Positions 1 to 7,573 of a stretch of DNA of 18,364 bases are shown here, one piece after another. Each line of letters begins with the position of its first letter. Positions within the stretch are counted from its first letter, which is position 1. A program made the translations under genes and the position numbers. The DNA comes from Candidatus Krumholzibacteriia bacterium (GTDB taxonomy: Bacteria > Krumholzibacteriota > Krumholzibacteriia > LZORAL124-64-63): assembly GCA_046484865.1 (NCBI GenBank), contig JAWOID010000136.1, positions 1-18,364 of the forward strand, read 5' to 3'. Under the pieces are notes generated by a model. That model was not told the origin of the DNA. It saw nothing but the letters and a program-made list of their open reading frames with translations, and did not search any database.

Positions 1-365
1 CGCCCCGGTAGAGCCGCACCGTGCCCGGCGTAACGAATTGTCCACGCCTGCCGGTCCGGAGATGCCGGGGCGACGACTTCGGCACCTGGGACCTCGACGA
101 CCCGTACGAGTTCACCCCTGGCGGCGTGGTCACGAACCTCGCCCTGTGGGGCGCCTCGGCCGACGCGGCCAGGTCATGCGGTGTTCCCGGCCCCGACCCG
201 GCCCCGAACCCCGACGAAGAGAGGGGTCGTAGAACCCGACGTCCGCCGAGGTCGTGACGAAAGACGTCCGTTGACACCTGCCGATCTTTGAGTTAGGTGC
301 TGCTGGTGGGGGGTGCTGGCAACCACAATCATGCCAGGAGAGCCTAAAGACCGGAGGTTTTACCA

Positions 366-578
366 ATGAGAATTTCCACTGTCGATTGGATTGCGCTCAT
401 TCTGGTCATCATCGGAGGAATCAACTGGCTGCTCGTCGGGCTGTTCTCGTTCGATCTGGTGGCTGCCATTTTCGGAGGCCAGACGGCTCTTCTGGCCCGG
501 ATCATCTATGTCCTGGTCGGGATATCGGCGATTTACCTGATCTTCGCCGCCCTGCGGTGGAAACGGCCGGCGGTATAG
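366..578 (+). CDS. DUF378 (YuzA-like) small membrane protein
   Basis: 70 aa with two hydrophobic segments and the family-typical LVIIGGINWLLVGLFSFDLVAAIFG...RIIYVLVGISAIY. GGAGG RBS at 353-357. Confidence 0.92.
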   Translation: MRISTVDWIALILVIIGGINWLLVGLFSFDLVAAIFGGQTALLARIIYVLVGISAIYLIFAALRWKRPAV

Positions 579-601
579 CCTCCGCGGAAGCGATCGGGAT
601 A

Positions 602-628
602 GGGGCGCCGGGTCCCCCCCGGCGTCCC
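602..628 (+). terminator. GC-rich hairpin downstream of the DUF378 gene, possible terminator
   Basis: ggggcgccggg-tcccc-cccggcgtccc, an 11-bp stem with one G-U pair, 23 nt after the stop. No clear U-tract. Confidence 0.4.
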
Positions 629-724
629 GCCCCAACGAATAGCCGAGAAACGGTCGCGACGTAGCCCATCGAGCAGAGCGCGGTGTGGGCGCTCGGATGG
701 GTGGGGCCTTTCGCGGTGGCCGCC

Positions 725-1527
725 TCACCCGCAGCGGTGCAGAGGCTGCGGTACGCGACGCGGCACCACGAGAACAGCGAGCCCGCCGGCTGGCGACGGA
801 GCCGCTAGAGCGCGTGGAGCGAACCGCTGCCGTGACGGCGAGTAGTAGAGGCAACCCACCTCCGTACGAGGCCGGCCGAGGACGAACGTGCGCGCCTGGT
901 CGAGCGCAGCGAGCCAGTCGCGCTTGATCGCAACGGGGTCGATCTCTTTCACCAGGTCCAGCCGCTTCAATTCCTCAGGACGCACGCGGCCCCGACGACT
1001 GAGCATTTCCAGAAGCGAAAGCAGCGAGTAGCCGGGGTCCTTGCCCACGGCCGCCCAGACCAGCGCACCGAGCGTGAGCACGTGGTCATGCAGGTATACA
1101 GCGTGTCAAGCAGAACACGGAGTTCGTCCCGGCCGGCGAGCGCCAGGACCTTGTTGGTGGCCAGGTCGACGGGATGAAGCTGGTATCCGAATTCTTCGCT
1201 CTTCACGACGGGCATGAAGCGCCAGGTCGAGTCCTGGGCCCACTCGATCTTCGCGGCATCGGCACCCTTGCGAACGATGGCACGCACATAGCCCGGCTGA
1301 CTGAGCTCGATATCGACTTCGTATTGCGCTGACCCGAGAGTCTCCCGATCCGCGGCGAAGGCGGCGGCGACGCGCTCGGCGGAGTCGTGGAAGTCGTCGA
1401 GATCGTGACTGTAGCGAGTGGTGTTGGGCGCAGCGAGCATGGCGGCGACGCCGGCGAGATAGCTGTCCTCGCTGCGATTCGCGGCGAGCAGACGACCGAT
1501 CGTAGCCTGGAAGGCGGTCAGCGGCAC
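725..1527 (-). pseudogene. Frameshifted nucleotidyltransferase-fold protein (AbiEii/AbiGii-like toxin family)
   Basis: GTG at 1527 gives MPLTAFQ...SYLAGVAA...RYSHDLDDFHD...HPVDLATNKVLALAGR. The protein continues in another frame after ~1095 as YLHDHVLTLGALVWAAVGKDPGYS...GCLYY. On the minus strand CTG-TA-TAC-CTG-CAT looks like a 2-nt TA duplication. Confidence 0.7.
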
Positions 1528-1784
1528 AGCTGAGCTCCCTTGTCCCATGCCTCGCGTTCCCGGTGCCGCATGAACTGCTCGGCGACCCAGGCCACGTCAT
1601 TTGAGCCGATGTGCAGATCTGGAGAATACGACCAGAAGCACCGCGCGTGGTACTTCCGGTACGCTCGGCGCGCTTCAGGGACGCGGACCATCTACCGCGC
1701 CTGTTCGGCGGTCAGCGTGCGGCGGCTGCGACGTCCGCCGCGGCGGCCGATCTCCGCGAGGTACTTCCGGATCGAGTCTTCCAT
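1518..1784 (-). pseudogene. Small basic partner protein (putative antitoxin) with an in-frame TAG
   Basis: MEDSIRKYLAEIGRRGGRRSRRTLTAEQAR*MVRVPEARRAYRKYHARCFWSYSPDLHIGSNDVAWVAEQFMRHREREAWDKGAQLCR. TAG at 1692-1694. Its 3' end overlaps the GTG start of the nucleotidyltransferase gene. Confidence 0.65.
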
Positions 1785-1867
1785 GGCAAGGGAAAACCAA
1801 GCGGCACAATTGAATAGGCTGTCTCGATGAAGGCTGGTCCGCCAGGACCGACAGAGGGAGGCCCACC

Positions 1868-2011
1868 GCCAAGGTGATCTTCGGCTCGAGGTACCAGTCC
1901 GATTCCCGTCTCTGTGACCGTGGACATGTACCCGCTGATGAAGTGGTAGACCGACTGCTTCGGGGTGAGCCGCGCGATGGGCGGCAGCACGCCGGAAGCA
2001 TCGCAGCTCAG
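1868..2011 (-). pseudogene. pckA: Internal fragment of ATP-dependent phosphoenolpyruvate carboxykinase
   Basis: LSCDASGVLPPIARLTPKQSVYHFISGY matches the conserved PckA segment (LTxDAxGVLPP..LT..QAxYHFxSGYT). It continues after a frameshift as EPKIT. Only about 48 codons are recognisable. Confidence 0.8.
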
Positions 2012-2211
2012 ACTCGCCAAGGATGACTGGCACCTGACCGAAGGATTGTGCATTCCTGGAATCTCCTCATTATGTTCGTCATCGCTCGAGTGGCGGCGCA
2101 AGCCGGAAACTACGCCGGCCAGAACCGGCGGGCCGAGTTTGGGCTGCTGGGCACGGTCTCGCACCCCGAGCAAGCGGACCGCTTCGTTTCGCGGGAGTCG
2201 TGCATCGCGGA

Positions 2212-2390
2212 TTATTGAATCGGCACGAGAGTGACAAGGCTGACCGGGCGTCCGAAGCACACGAGAAGATCGACGTCGCTGTCGGGACTGGCATCCCCAC
2301 GAGCCCGCGAGCCGAACAGCGCCACGCACGTGGCTCCATTGGCCTCGCAGTGTCCACGACGCGCCTGGTGTCGATGTCTCGTGCGACCAC
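2212..2390 (-). pseudogene. Minimal nucleotidyltransferase (MNT, HEPN/MNT antitoxin-like) relic
   Basis: GGAGG RBS (2400-2396) and GTG at 2390 give MVARDIDTRRVVD. After a frameshift near 2350 it reads CEANGATCVALFGSRARGDASPDSDVDLLV, the GS-x10-DxD motif. Premature TAA at 2212-2214. Confidence 0.8.
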
Positions 2391-2468
2391 GCGTGCCTCC
2401 GAAGCAACCCCCGAAGTCCCTTCGCACGGCAGCACTGATCCTGCGTCTGCAAGGCACCTCAATGAACA

Positions 2469-2494
2469 CCGGCGGCCCCTCGCGGGGCCGCCGG
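2469..2494 (-). terminator. Perfect 11-bp hairpin, likely intrinsic terminator on the minus strand
   Basis: ccggcggcccc-tcgc-ggggccgccgg, followed on the minus strand by TGTTCATT. It abuts the 3' end of the aprA fragment. Confidence 0.55.
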
Positions 2495-2499
2495 CCGTC

Positions 2500-2948
2500 C
2501 CACTCCTTGCTCTGCGGGTTCCAGGTCAGGTTTGCGAAGACCTTCCAGTTGGCCTCGTCGAGGGCCGGCTTGTCCTTGCGGAAGTAGTAGCCGGGCCAGC
2601 GGGTCTCCTCGCGGAACAGCATCGTCTGGACGTGAGCCTCGGCCTGCCACATGCGGTGGATGTTCTCCCACACGCGCATGAGCTCGTGGAGGTCCTCGGC
2701 CGCCAGGTTCAAGCTGTCTTCCTTGAGGAACTCGAGCAGTTCCTGGCCACGGGTCAGCAGCGGCTCGCTGGTGAAGAACTGGGCGCTCACGCCGCCGGCG
2801 TACTCGTCCATGATCTTCTGCAGCCGCATCATGAAGTGCGGGTTGATGTTCGGGTCCGTCGTCTTGCCCTTGTGCTCCTCGTACAGGTCCATCGGAGCCA
2901 GGATGGTCTTCTTGAGCTCCTCGACCTGCGCGGCGTCAATCGTGGGCT
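2500..2948 (-). pseudogene. aprA: C-terminal fragment of adenylylsulfate (APS) reductase alpha subunit
   Basis: TTDPNINPHFMMRLQKIMDEYAGGV...LKEDSLNLAAEDLHELMRVWENIHRMWQAEAH...FREETRWPGYYFR...WKVFAN is a characteristic AprA C-terminus. About 150 codons. No N-terminal FAD domain, no native stop and no aprB. Confidence 0.9.
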
Positions 2949-2950
2949 CG

Positions 2951-2984
2951 ACCCGCGGCGATTCGGCTTCGAGTCGCCGCGGGT
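2951..2984. repeat. 15-bp inverted repeat (hairpin) at the 5' breakpoint of the aprA fragment
   Basis: acccgcggcgattcg-gctt-cgagtcgccgcgggt, with one G-T wobble. Confidence 0.85.
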
Positions 2985-3059
2985 GCATGGCGGGGCTGGT
3001 AGACCGGGCCATGGTCCGCTCGGAGAGGGGGGCAGGGTGCTCGCCAGGACCCGACCCTG

Positions 3060-3086
3060 CAGCCTGCGGGGTGAACCCGCAGGCTG
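3060..3086 (-). terminator. Perfect 11-bp hairpin downstream of tonB (terminator or REP-like element)
   Basis: cagcctgcggg-gtgaa-cccgcaggctg, 24 nt after the tonB stop. No U-tract. Confidence 0.5.
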
Positions 3087-3110
3087 GCTGGTGAACCCGG
3101 ATCTGGCGCG

Positions 3111-3956
3111 TCAACCCCGCAGCTTGAACGTGACCGGCATCACGACCCAGACCTCAACGGGCCGGTTGTCCATCAGCGCGGGGCGGAAGATCGCGGTGCG
3201 GGCGGTGGCCAGGGCGGCCTCGCGCAGCGCCTCAGGCCCCTCGACGTAGATGACGTCCTTGATGCGCCCGTCCTTGCCCACGAGCACGCGCACGATGACG
3301 GTGCCCTCGATGCCCGCCGACCGCGCCACGTCCGGGTAGACCGGCGGGTCGATGCTGATGCGCACCGGCTCCTCCTCCACCGCCACGAACGCGTCCGGTG
3401 AGGGGGTGCCGTCGCCCACGCCGATTCCGCTCACGTCGATGACCAGGCTGTCGCCCGTGCCCTCGCCGAAGCCCAGGTCGCTGAGCGTGACCGGCTCCAG
3501 GGCCTCCGCCATCTCGCTGACCGTGGCGATGGTCTCCACCCGGGCGCGTTCGTCGGCCACCGGCTCGGGGACGGCGATGGCCGGCGGCGGCGCGGCGATC
3601 CGCGCCACCTGCTGCGCCACGCTCACCTGGGGCACCGTCGGGCGGGAGATGGACGGGGGCACACCCAGGTCGGCGTAGCGCACGATCTTCACCTGGCGCA
3701 GCACCGGCGCCTCCACCGACTCGCGCGCGCTGAGCCACGCCCACACGCCCAGGGCGGCCAGCGCCAGCACCAGGGTCAGTCCGCAGGCCCATAGCAGCCA
3801 CTTGCCGAGCTCCCGGCGCAGGGGATGCTCGTCGCCGGTGAGCGGCAGCCGTTCGGCGCGCTCCAGGGAGAAGGCCCAGGGGATGTGCGGGACGTCGGCG
3901 ACGTTCCGCAGGTCGCCGGCACCGGCACCGATGTGGGCTCCATGGCCGCCGGTCAT
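3111..3956 (-). CDS. tonB: Energy transducer TonB
   Basis: ATG at 3956 overlaps the exbD stop (ATGA). One TM helix, a Pro/Ala-rich linker and a TonB_C domain (PPVYPDVARSAGIEGTVIVRVLVGKDG...FRPALMDNRPVEVWVVMPVTFKL). Confidence 0.92.
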   Translation of the reverse strand: MTGGHGAHIGAGAGDLRNVADVPHIPWAFSLERAERLPLTGDEHPLRRELGKWLLWACGLTLVLALAALGVWAWLSARESVEAPVLRQVKIVRYADLGVPPSISRPTVPQVSVAQQVARIAAPPPAIAVPEPVADERARVETIATVSEMAEALEPVTLSDLGFGEGTGDSLVIDVSGIGVGDGTPSPDAFVAVEEEPVRISIDPPVYPDVARSAGIEGTVIVRVLVGKDGRIKDVIYVEGPEALREAALATARTAIFRPALMDNRPVEVWVVMPVTFKLRG

Positions 3957-4456
3957 TCCACCCCCTCCAGGGCCTGGACGTCGCTCTCCTGCATGGGCAC
4001 CAGGCTGAAGCGCTGCATCTCGGCCTCGTCCAGCGCGTCGAGCATGTCCACGAACGGCTCGTAACGCGCCTCGCGGTGGATCTTCACCAGGGCGATGAGG
4101 TTGGGATTGGCCGCCTGGTTGGCCGCCAGGGTGGGCTCGATCTGCGGCCACGTGATCGGCTCGATGGCGCTGGTGCCGATCTTCCAGAACATCTGCTCGT
4201 CCCGGTCCACGTAGATGGTCATCACGTTGGATTCGGGCACCTCCACGCGGGCGCCGGGCTCGGGCAGGTTCACCTCCATGGCCAGCGGACGGCGGAACAC
4301 CGTCGTGACCATGAAAAAGATCAGCAGCAGGAACGCCACGTCCACCATGGGCGTCATGTCGATGTGCACGCCGGGGCGCTTCCTCTTGCCCCGCGCCAGC
4401 ACGCCCTTGGGCGGCAGTTTCGGTTTCTCGCTCTCGGCAGCGACGACGTCGGCCAT
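3953..4456 (-). CDS. exbD: ExbD/TolR family biopolymer transport protein
   Basis: IDMTPMVDVAFLLLIFFMV TM motif with the conserved Asp. Confidence 0.93.
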   Translation of the reverse strand: MADVVAAESEKPKLPPKGVLARGKRKRPGVHIDMTPMVDVAFLLLIFFMVTTVFRRPLAMEVNLPEPGARVEVPESNVMTIYVDRDEQMFWKIGTSAIEPITWPQIEPTLAANQAANPNLIALVKIHREARYEPFVDMLDALDEAEMQRFSLVPMQESDVQALEGVE

Positions 4457-4472
4457 CGGGCGGCTCCTCGCT

Positions 4473-4997
4473 CTACTCGGGCGACCCCGGGGTCTCGGAC
4501 GTTTCGGTTCCCTGCTCGCGCGGCGACTGGGGCTCGCGCGGCGTCTGCGGCGCGGAGGGCGCCTGGTCCTCCTCGCCGACAGGCGGACGCTCCAGCTCGG
4601 TCATCAGGTTGAACCGCAGGGTCTTCGATTCGGCCAGGATGTCCATCAGGTCGGCCATCACGCCGAAGGAGGCGTCGCGGTCGCCCTTGAGCACCACCAC
4701 GGCGCCCGGGTTGCGGCCGCGCCAGGCGATCAGCGCGGGCAGGATCCCGTCGGGCGCAAGCGCCTGGGCGTCGGCGGCTCGCTCGCTGGAGATGAACACC
4801 TGTCCCGTCCGGTTCACCGTGAGGATGATGGTGTTCGTCTCGGGCACGTGGATCTCCGACCGGGACAGCGGCAGGTCCACGGCCACCGCCTCGGGTGGCT
4901 TGAACTGGGTGGTGGACATGAAGAAGATCAGCAGCAGGAAGGCCACGTCCACCATGGGCGTCATGTCGATGCGCACGCGGTTGCGACGGGTGGCCAT
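4473..4997 (-). CDS. exbD: ExbD/TolR family biopolymer transport protein
   Basis: IDMTPMVDVAFLLLIFFM motif, VVLKGDRDASFGVMADLMD periplasmic motif and an acidic Pro-rich tail. Confidence 0.93.
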   Translation of the reverse strand: MATRRNRVRIDMTPMVDVAFLLLIFFMSTTQFKPPEAVAVDLPLSRSEIHVPETNTIILTVNRTGQVFISSERAADAQALAPDGILPALIAWRGRNPGAVVVLKGDRDASFGVMADLMDILAESKTLRFNLMTELERPPVGEEDQAPSAPQTPREPQSPREQGTETSETPGSPE

Positions 4998-5000
4998 GAC

Positions 5001-5717
5001 CTATCCCTTCTGGCGGCTCTCGAGCATCTGGAGGATCTCGTACGAGGTCTCCTCCACCCGGTTGTTGAAGCTGTCCACCCTGGTCGTGAAGTAGTTGTAG
5101 AGCACCGTGGCGATGATGGCCGTGGTCAGGCCGAGGGCGGTGTTCACGAGCGCCTCGCTGATGCCCAGGGCGAGCTGCGTGGCGTCGGGGGCGCCGGCTC
5201 GCGACATCGCGTGGAACGACCGGATCATGCCGATCGTGGTGCCCAGCAGGCCCAGCAGCGTGGCGATGGAGGCGATGGTTGAGAGCGCCGTGAGGTTCTG
5301 CTCCAGGTTGGGGCTCTCCAGGGCGCTGGCCTCCTGGAGCGAGCGGCGGGTCTCGTCCAGCACGTCCTTCTTGCCCTCGGGGTGGCCCTGCCAGCGGCGG
5401 TAGGCCTCGAGTCCGGCGCCGATCACGTTGGCCAGGCTGCCTCCCTGCTTCTTGCAGGCCTCCACCGCCGCCGCCAGGTCGCCCGACTGCACCGACGTCT
5501 TCACGCTCCGGACGAAGGTCGGCACGTTGCCGCGGCCGCCGGCCCGCCACAGCACGATGAACCGCTCCACCGCGAAGGTGAGCGCCAGAAAGAGCAAGGT
5601 GAGCCCCAGCACGAGCAGCGGGCCCCCTTGACGGATGTACAGCGGCATGCTCTGCCAGATGAAATAGGAGACCACGAGGGACACCAGGACGATGGGTATC
5701 AGCACGTAGTTCTTCAT
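5001..5717 (-). CDS. exbB: MotA/TolQ/ExbB proton channel protein
   Basis: IASIATLLGLLGTTIGMIRSF and GISEALVNTALGL motifs. AGGGAG RBS upstream. Confidence 0.93.
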   Translation of the reverse strand: MKNYVLIPIVLVSLVVSYFIWQSMPLYIRQGGPLLVLGLTLLFLALTFAVERFIVLWRAGGRGNVPTFVRSVKTSVQSGDLAAAVEACKKQGGSLANVIGAGLEAYRRWQGHPEGKKDVLDETRRSLQEASALESPNLEQNLTALSTIASIATLLGLLGTTIGMIRSFHAMSRAGAPDATQLALGISEALVNTALGLTTAIIATVLYNYFTTRVDSFNNRVEETSYEILQMLESRQKG

Positions 5718-5724
5718 CGTGGGT

Positions 5725-7563
5725 CTATCTCCCTTCGGCGTTTCGGGCCTGGTTCAGGATCTCGGTGCCCTTGACCAGCATGATGTTCTCGGGGTCGATG
5801 GCGCGGGCCTTCGCGAAGGCCGCCTCGGCGTCGTCGTAGCGTTCCAGTCCCAGGTACGCGCTGCCCAGGCCGGCCCAGGCGTCGGCGTTGCCCGGCTCGG
5901 CCTCCGTGGCGCGGCGGTAGGCGTCCACGGCACCGGCGTAGTCGGACTGGCGGATGCGACAGAAGCCGAGACCGCGCAACGCTTTGGCGTTCTGCGGCTC
6001 GCGCTCCAGCACGCCCTGGTACTGCTGCTCGGCAGCGCTCTCCTGGCCGGTGGCGGCCAGCGCCTGCGCCAGCAGCAGCCGCGCGAGGACCAGGTCCTCG
6101 TCCTGCGCCAAGGCCTCGCGCAGGGCCGGCACGGCCTCGGCCACGCTTCCAGCCTGGTAGCGGGCGATGCCGAGGTTCAGGTGCGCCGCGGCGGACTGCG
6201 GCCGCAGCCCGGCGGCGCGCTGGAAGTACCGGGCCGCGGCGTCCGGCCGGCCTGCGCGCAGGGCCACCACTCCCTGCTGGAACGGCACCTCGAACAGCTC
6301 CGCGTCAAGCTGCGCCGCGCGCTCCAGGGACGCCTGGGCTTCCTCGAAGCGGCGCAGCTCCGTCTGCCAGGCGGCCAGCGCCACCAGGTCGCGCGCCGTC
6401 CAGCCGGAATCCGCAGGGAGCTTCTGCATCAGCTGGGCGGCCTCGGCCTTCACGGCGTCGTCGCTGCTGTGGATGCCCGCGCGCGCCAGCGCCAGGGCCG
6501 CCGCGTCGCTGGCAGGATCCAGCCGCAGGGCGGCCCGCGCCGCCTCGGCCGCGGAAGTGTAGCGGCCCACCTCGTACAGCGTCTCGGCCAGGCCGAGCAG
6601 CGCGTCCACGTTCTCGGGATCCAGCTCCACGTACCGCAGGTAGGTCCGCGCGGCCATCTCGTGCCGGTCGGCCCGGCGCAGCAGGTCCGCCAGGTCCTTC
6701 ACGGCGGGGGCGTAGGTGGAGTCGACGGCGACCGCCTGGCGGTAGCGCTCGGCCGCGTCGTTGAAGCGATTCTCGGCGCCGTAGAGGCGGCCCAGGGCGT
6801 GCATCATGGGCGCGGTGGGTTCCATCCCGGGGGTGGCCAGCGCCTGTTCGTAGGCCTGGATGGCCAGGGTGCGCGTTCCGCGCTGCTCGTAGATGCGCGC
6901 CACCAGGGCACTGTGCTCCGGGTCGGCCGGGTTCAGGTGCATGGCGCGCAGGGCGCTCTTCTCCGCCTCCGCCACGTCGCCCTTCCCCAGGTGGTAGAGG
7001 GCCGTGCCGTGGTGGTACAGATCCTCGCCCTCGGTGACGCCCTTGCCGCCCTCGCCCCGTTCCAACTCGCGCCGGGCCTTTTCCCATTCGCCGGCCGCCA
7101 GATAGCGTCGCGCCATGCCGTAGTGGGCCGCCCACACCTTGTCGTCGCGGGCGAGGGCTTGCTCCAGCTCCTGTTCCGCCTCCAGTTCACGCCCCAGCCG
7201 CAGCAGCAGCAGGGCCAGCCCCGCGCGTGCCTCGGGGAAGCTGTCCCCGGCGGCCGCCAGCGCTTGGCGGTAATTCGCCTCGGCGTCGGGGTAGCGCCCC
7301 TCGCGCACGGCGATCCGGGCCAGGCCCAGGTACGCCTCGCGCACGTGGTGCTCGTTCGCCACCGCCTCCTCGTAGTGCTGGCGGGCGCCGGGAAGCCGTC
7401 CCTGTTCGAGGGCCCGATCGCCGAGGCGGATGGGGTCGGTGTCGATGGTGTAATTCCTGCGCTGCGCGGCGGCCGGCGGCGGCGCCACGGCGTCGAAAGC
7501 GGCGGCGACGGCGCACACCAGCCCGGCGACCAGCAGCAGAGCGGGCACGGCGGGACGGCGCAT
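5725..7563 (-). CDS. Exported tetratricopeptide repeat protein
   Basis: Signal-peptide-like N-terminus followed by many tandem TPR units (e.g. YLELDPENVDALLGLAETLY-like and EPGNADAWAGLGSAYL patterns). AAGGAG RBS upstream. Confidence 0.9.
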   Translation of the reverse strand: MRRPAVPALLLVAGLVCAVAAAFDAVAPPPAAAQRRNYTIDTDPIRLGDRALEQGRLPGARQHYEEAVANEHHVREAYLGLARIAVREGRYPDAEANYRQALAAAGDSFPEARAGLALLLLRLGRELEAEQELEQALARDDKVWAAHYGMARRYLAAGEWEKARRELERGEGGKGVTEGEDLYHHGTALYHLGKGDVAEAEKSALRAMHLNPADPEHSALVARIYEQRGTRTLAIQAYEQALATPGMEPTAPMMHALGRLYGAENRFNDAAERYRQAVAVDSTYAPAVKDLADLLRRADRHEMAARTYLRYVELDPENVDALLGLAETLYEVGRYTSAAEAARAALRLDPASDAAALALARAGIHSSDDAVKAEAAQLMQKLPADSGWTARDLVALAAWQTELRRFEEAQASLERAAQLDAELFEVPFQQGVVALRAGRPDAAARYFQRAAGLRPQSAAAHLNLGIARYQAGSVAEAVPALREALAQDEDLVLARLLLAQALAATGQESAAEQQYQGVLEREPQNAKALRGLGFCRIRQSDYAGAVDAYRRATEAEPGNADAWAGLGSAYLGLERYDDAEAAFAKARAIDPENIMLVKGTEILNQARNAEGR

Positions 7564-7573
7564 GCGGGTCTCC

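Noticed and set aside
189..216. Short ccccga(c/a) tandem repeats
   Set aside because: Only about three degenerate units with no spacers. This is low-complexity GC sequence, not CRISPR.
271..299. TTGACA as the -35 of a DUF378 promoter
   Set aside because: The matching -10 position reads TAGGTG or TTAGGT, too weak to call.
1692..1694. In-frame TAG as possible pyrrolysine or stop-codon recoding
   Set aside because: TAG serves as a normal stop for several intact genes here (DUF378, TPR, exbB, one exbD). The adjacent genes are also decayed and no pyl genes are visible.
600..3100. Integron cassette array explanation for the relic region
   Set aside because: I could not find repeated attC-type RYYYAAC...GTTRRRY boundaries or an integrase, and the pieces are internal gene fragments rather than whole cassettes.
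2212..3114. 300-aa ORF as a genuine AprA-nucleotidyltransferase fusion protein
   Set aside because: It reads through hairpin and intergenic DNA, both domains are truncated, and the MNT has its own RBS and start in another frame.
4311..4977. 60-bp near-identical direct repeat (4311-4370 vs 4918-4977, 57/60) resembling a DGR template/variable pair
   Set aside because: It encodes the conserved ExbD TM motif in two paralogues. The mismatches are not adenine-specific and no reverse transcriptase is present.
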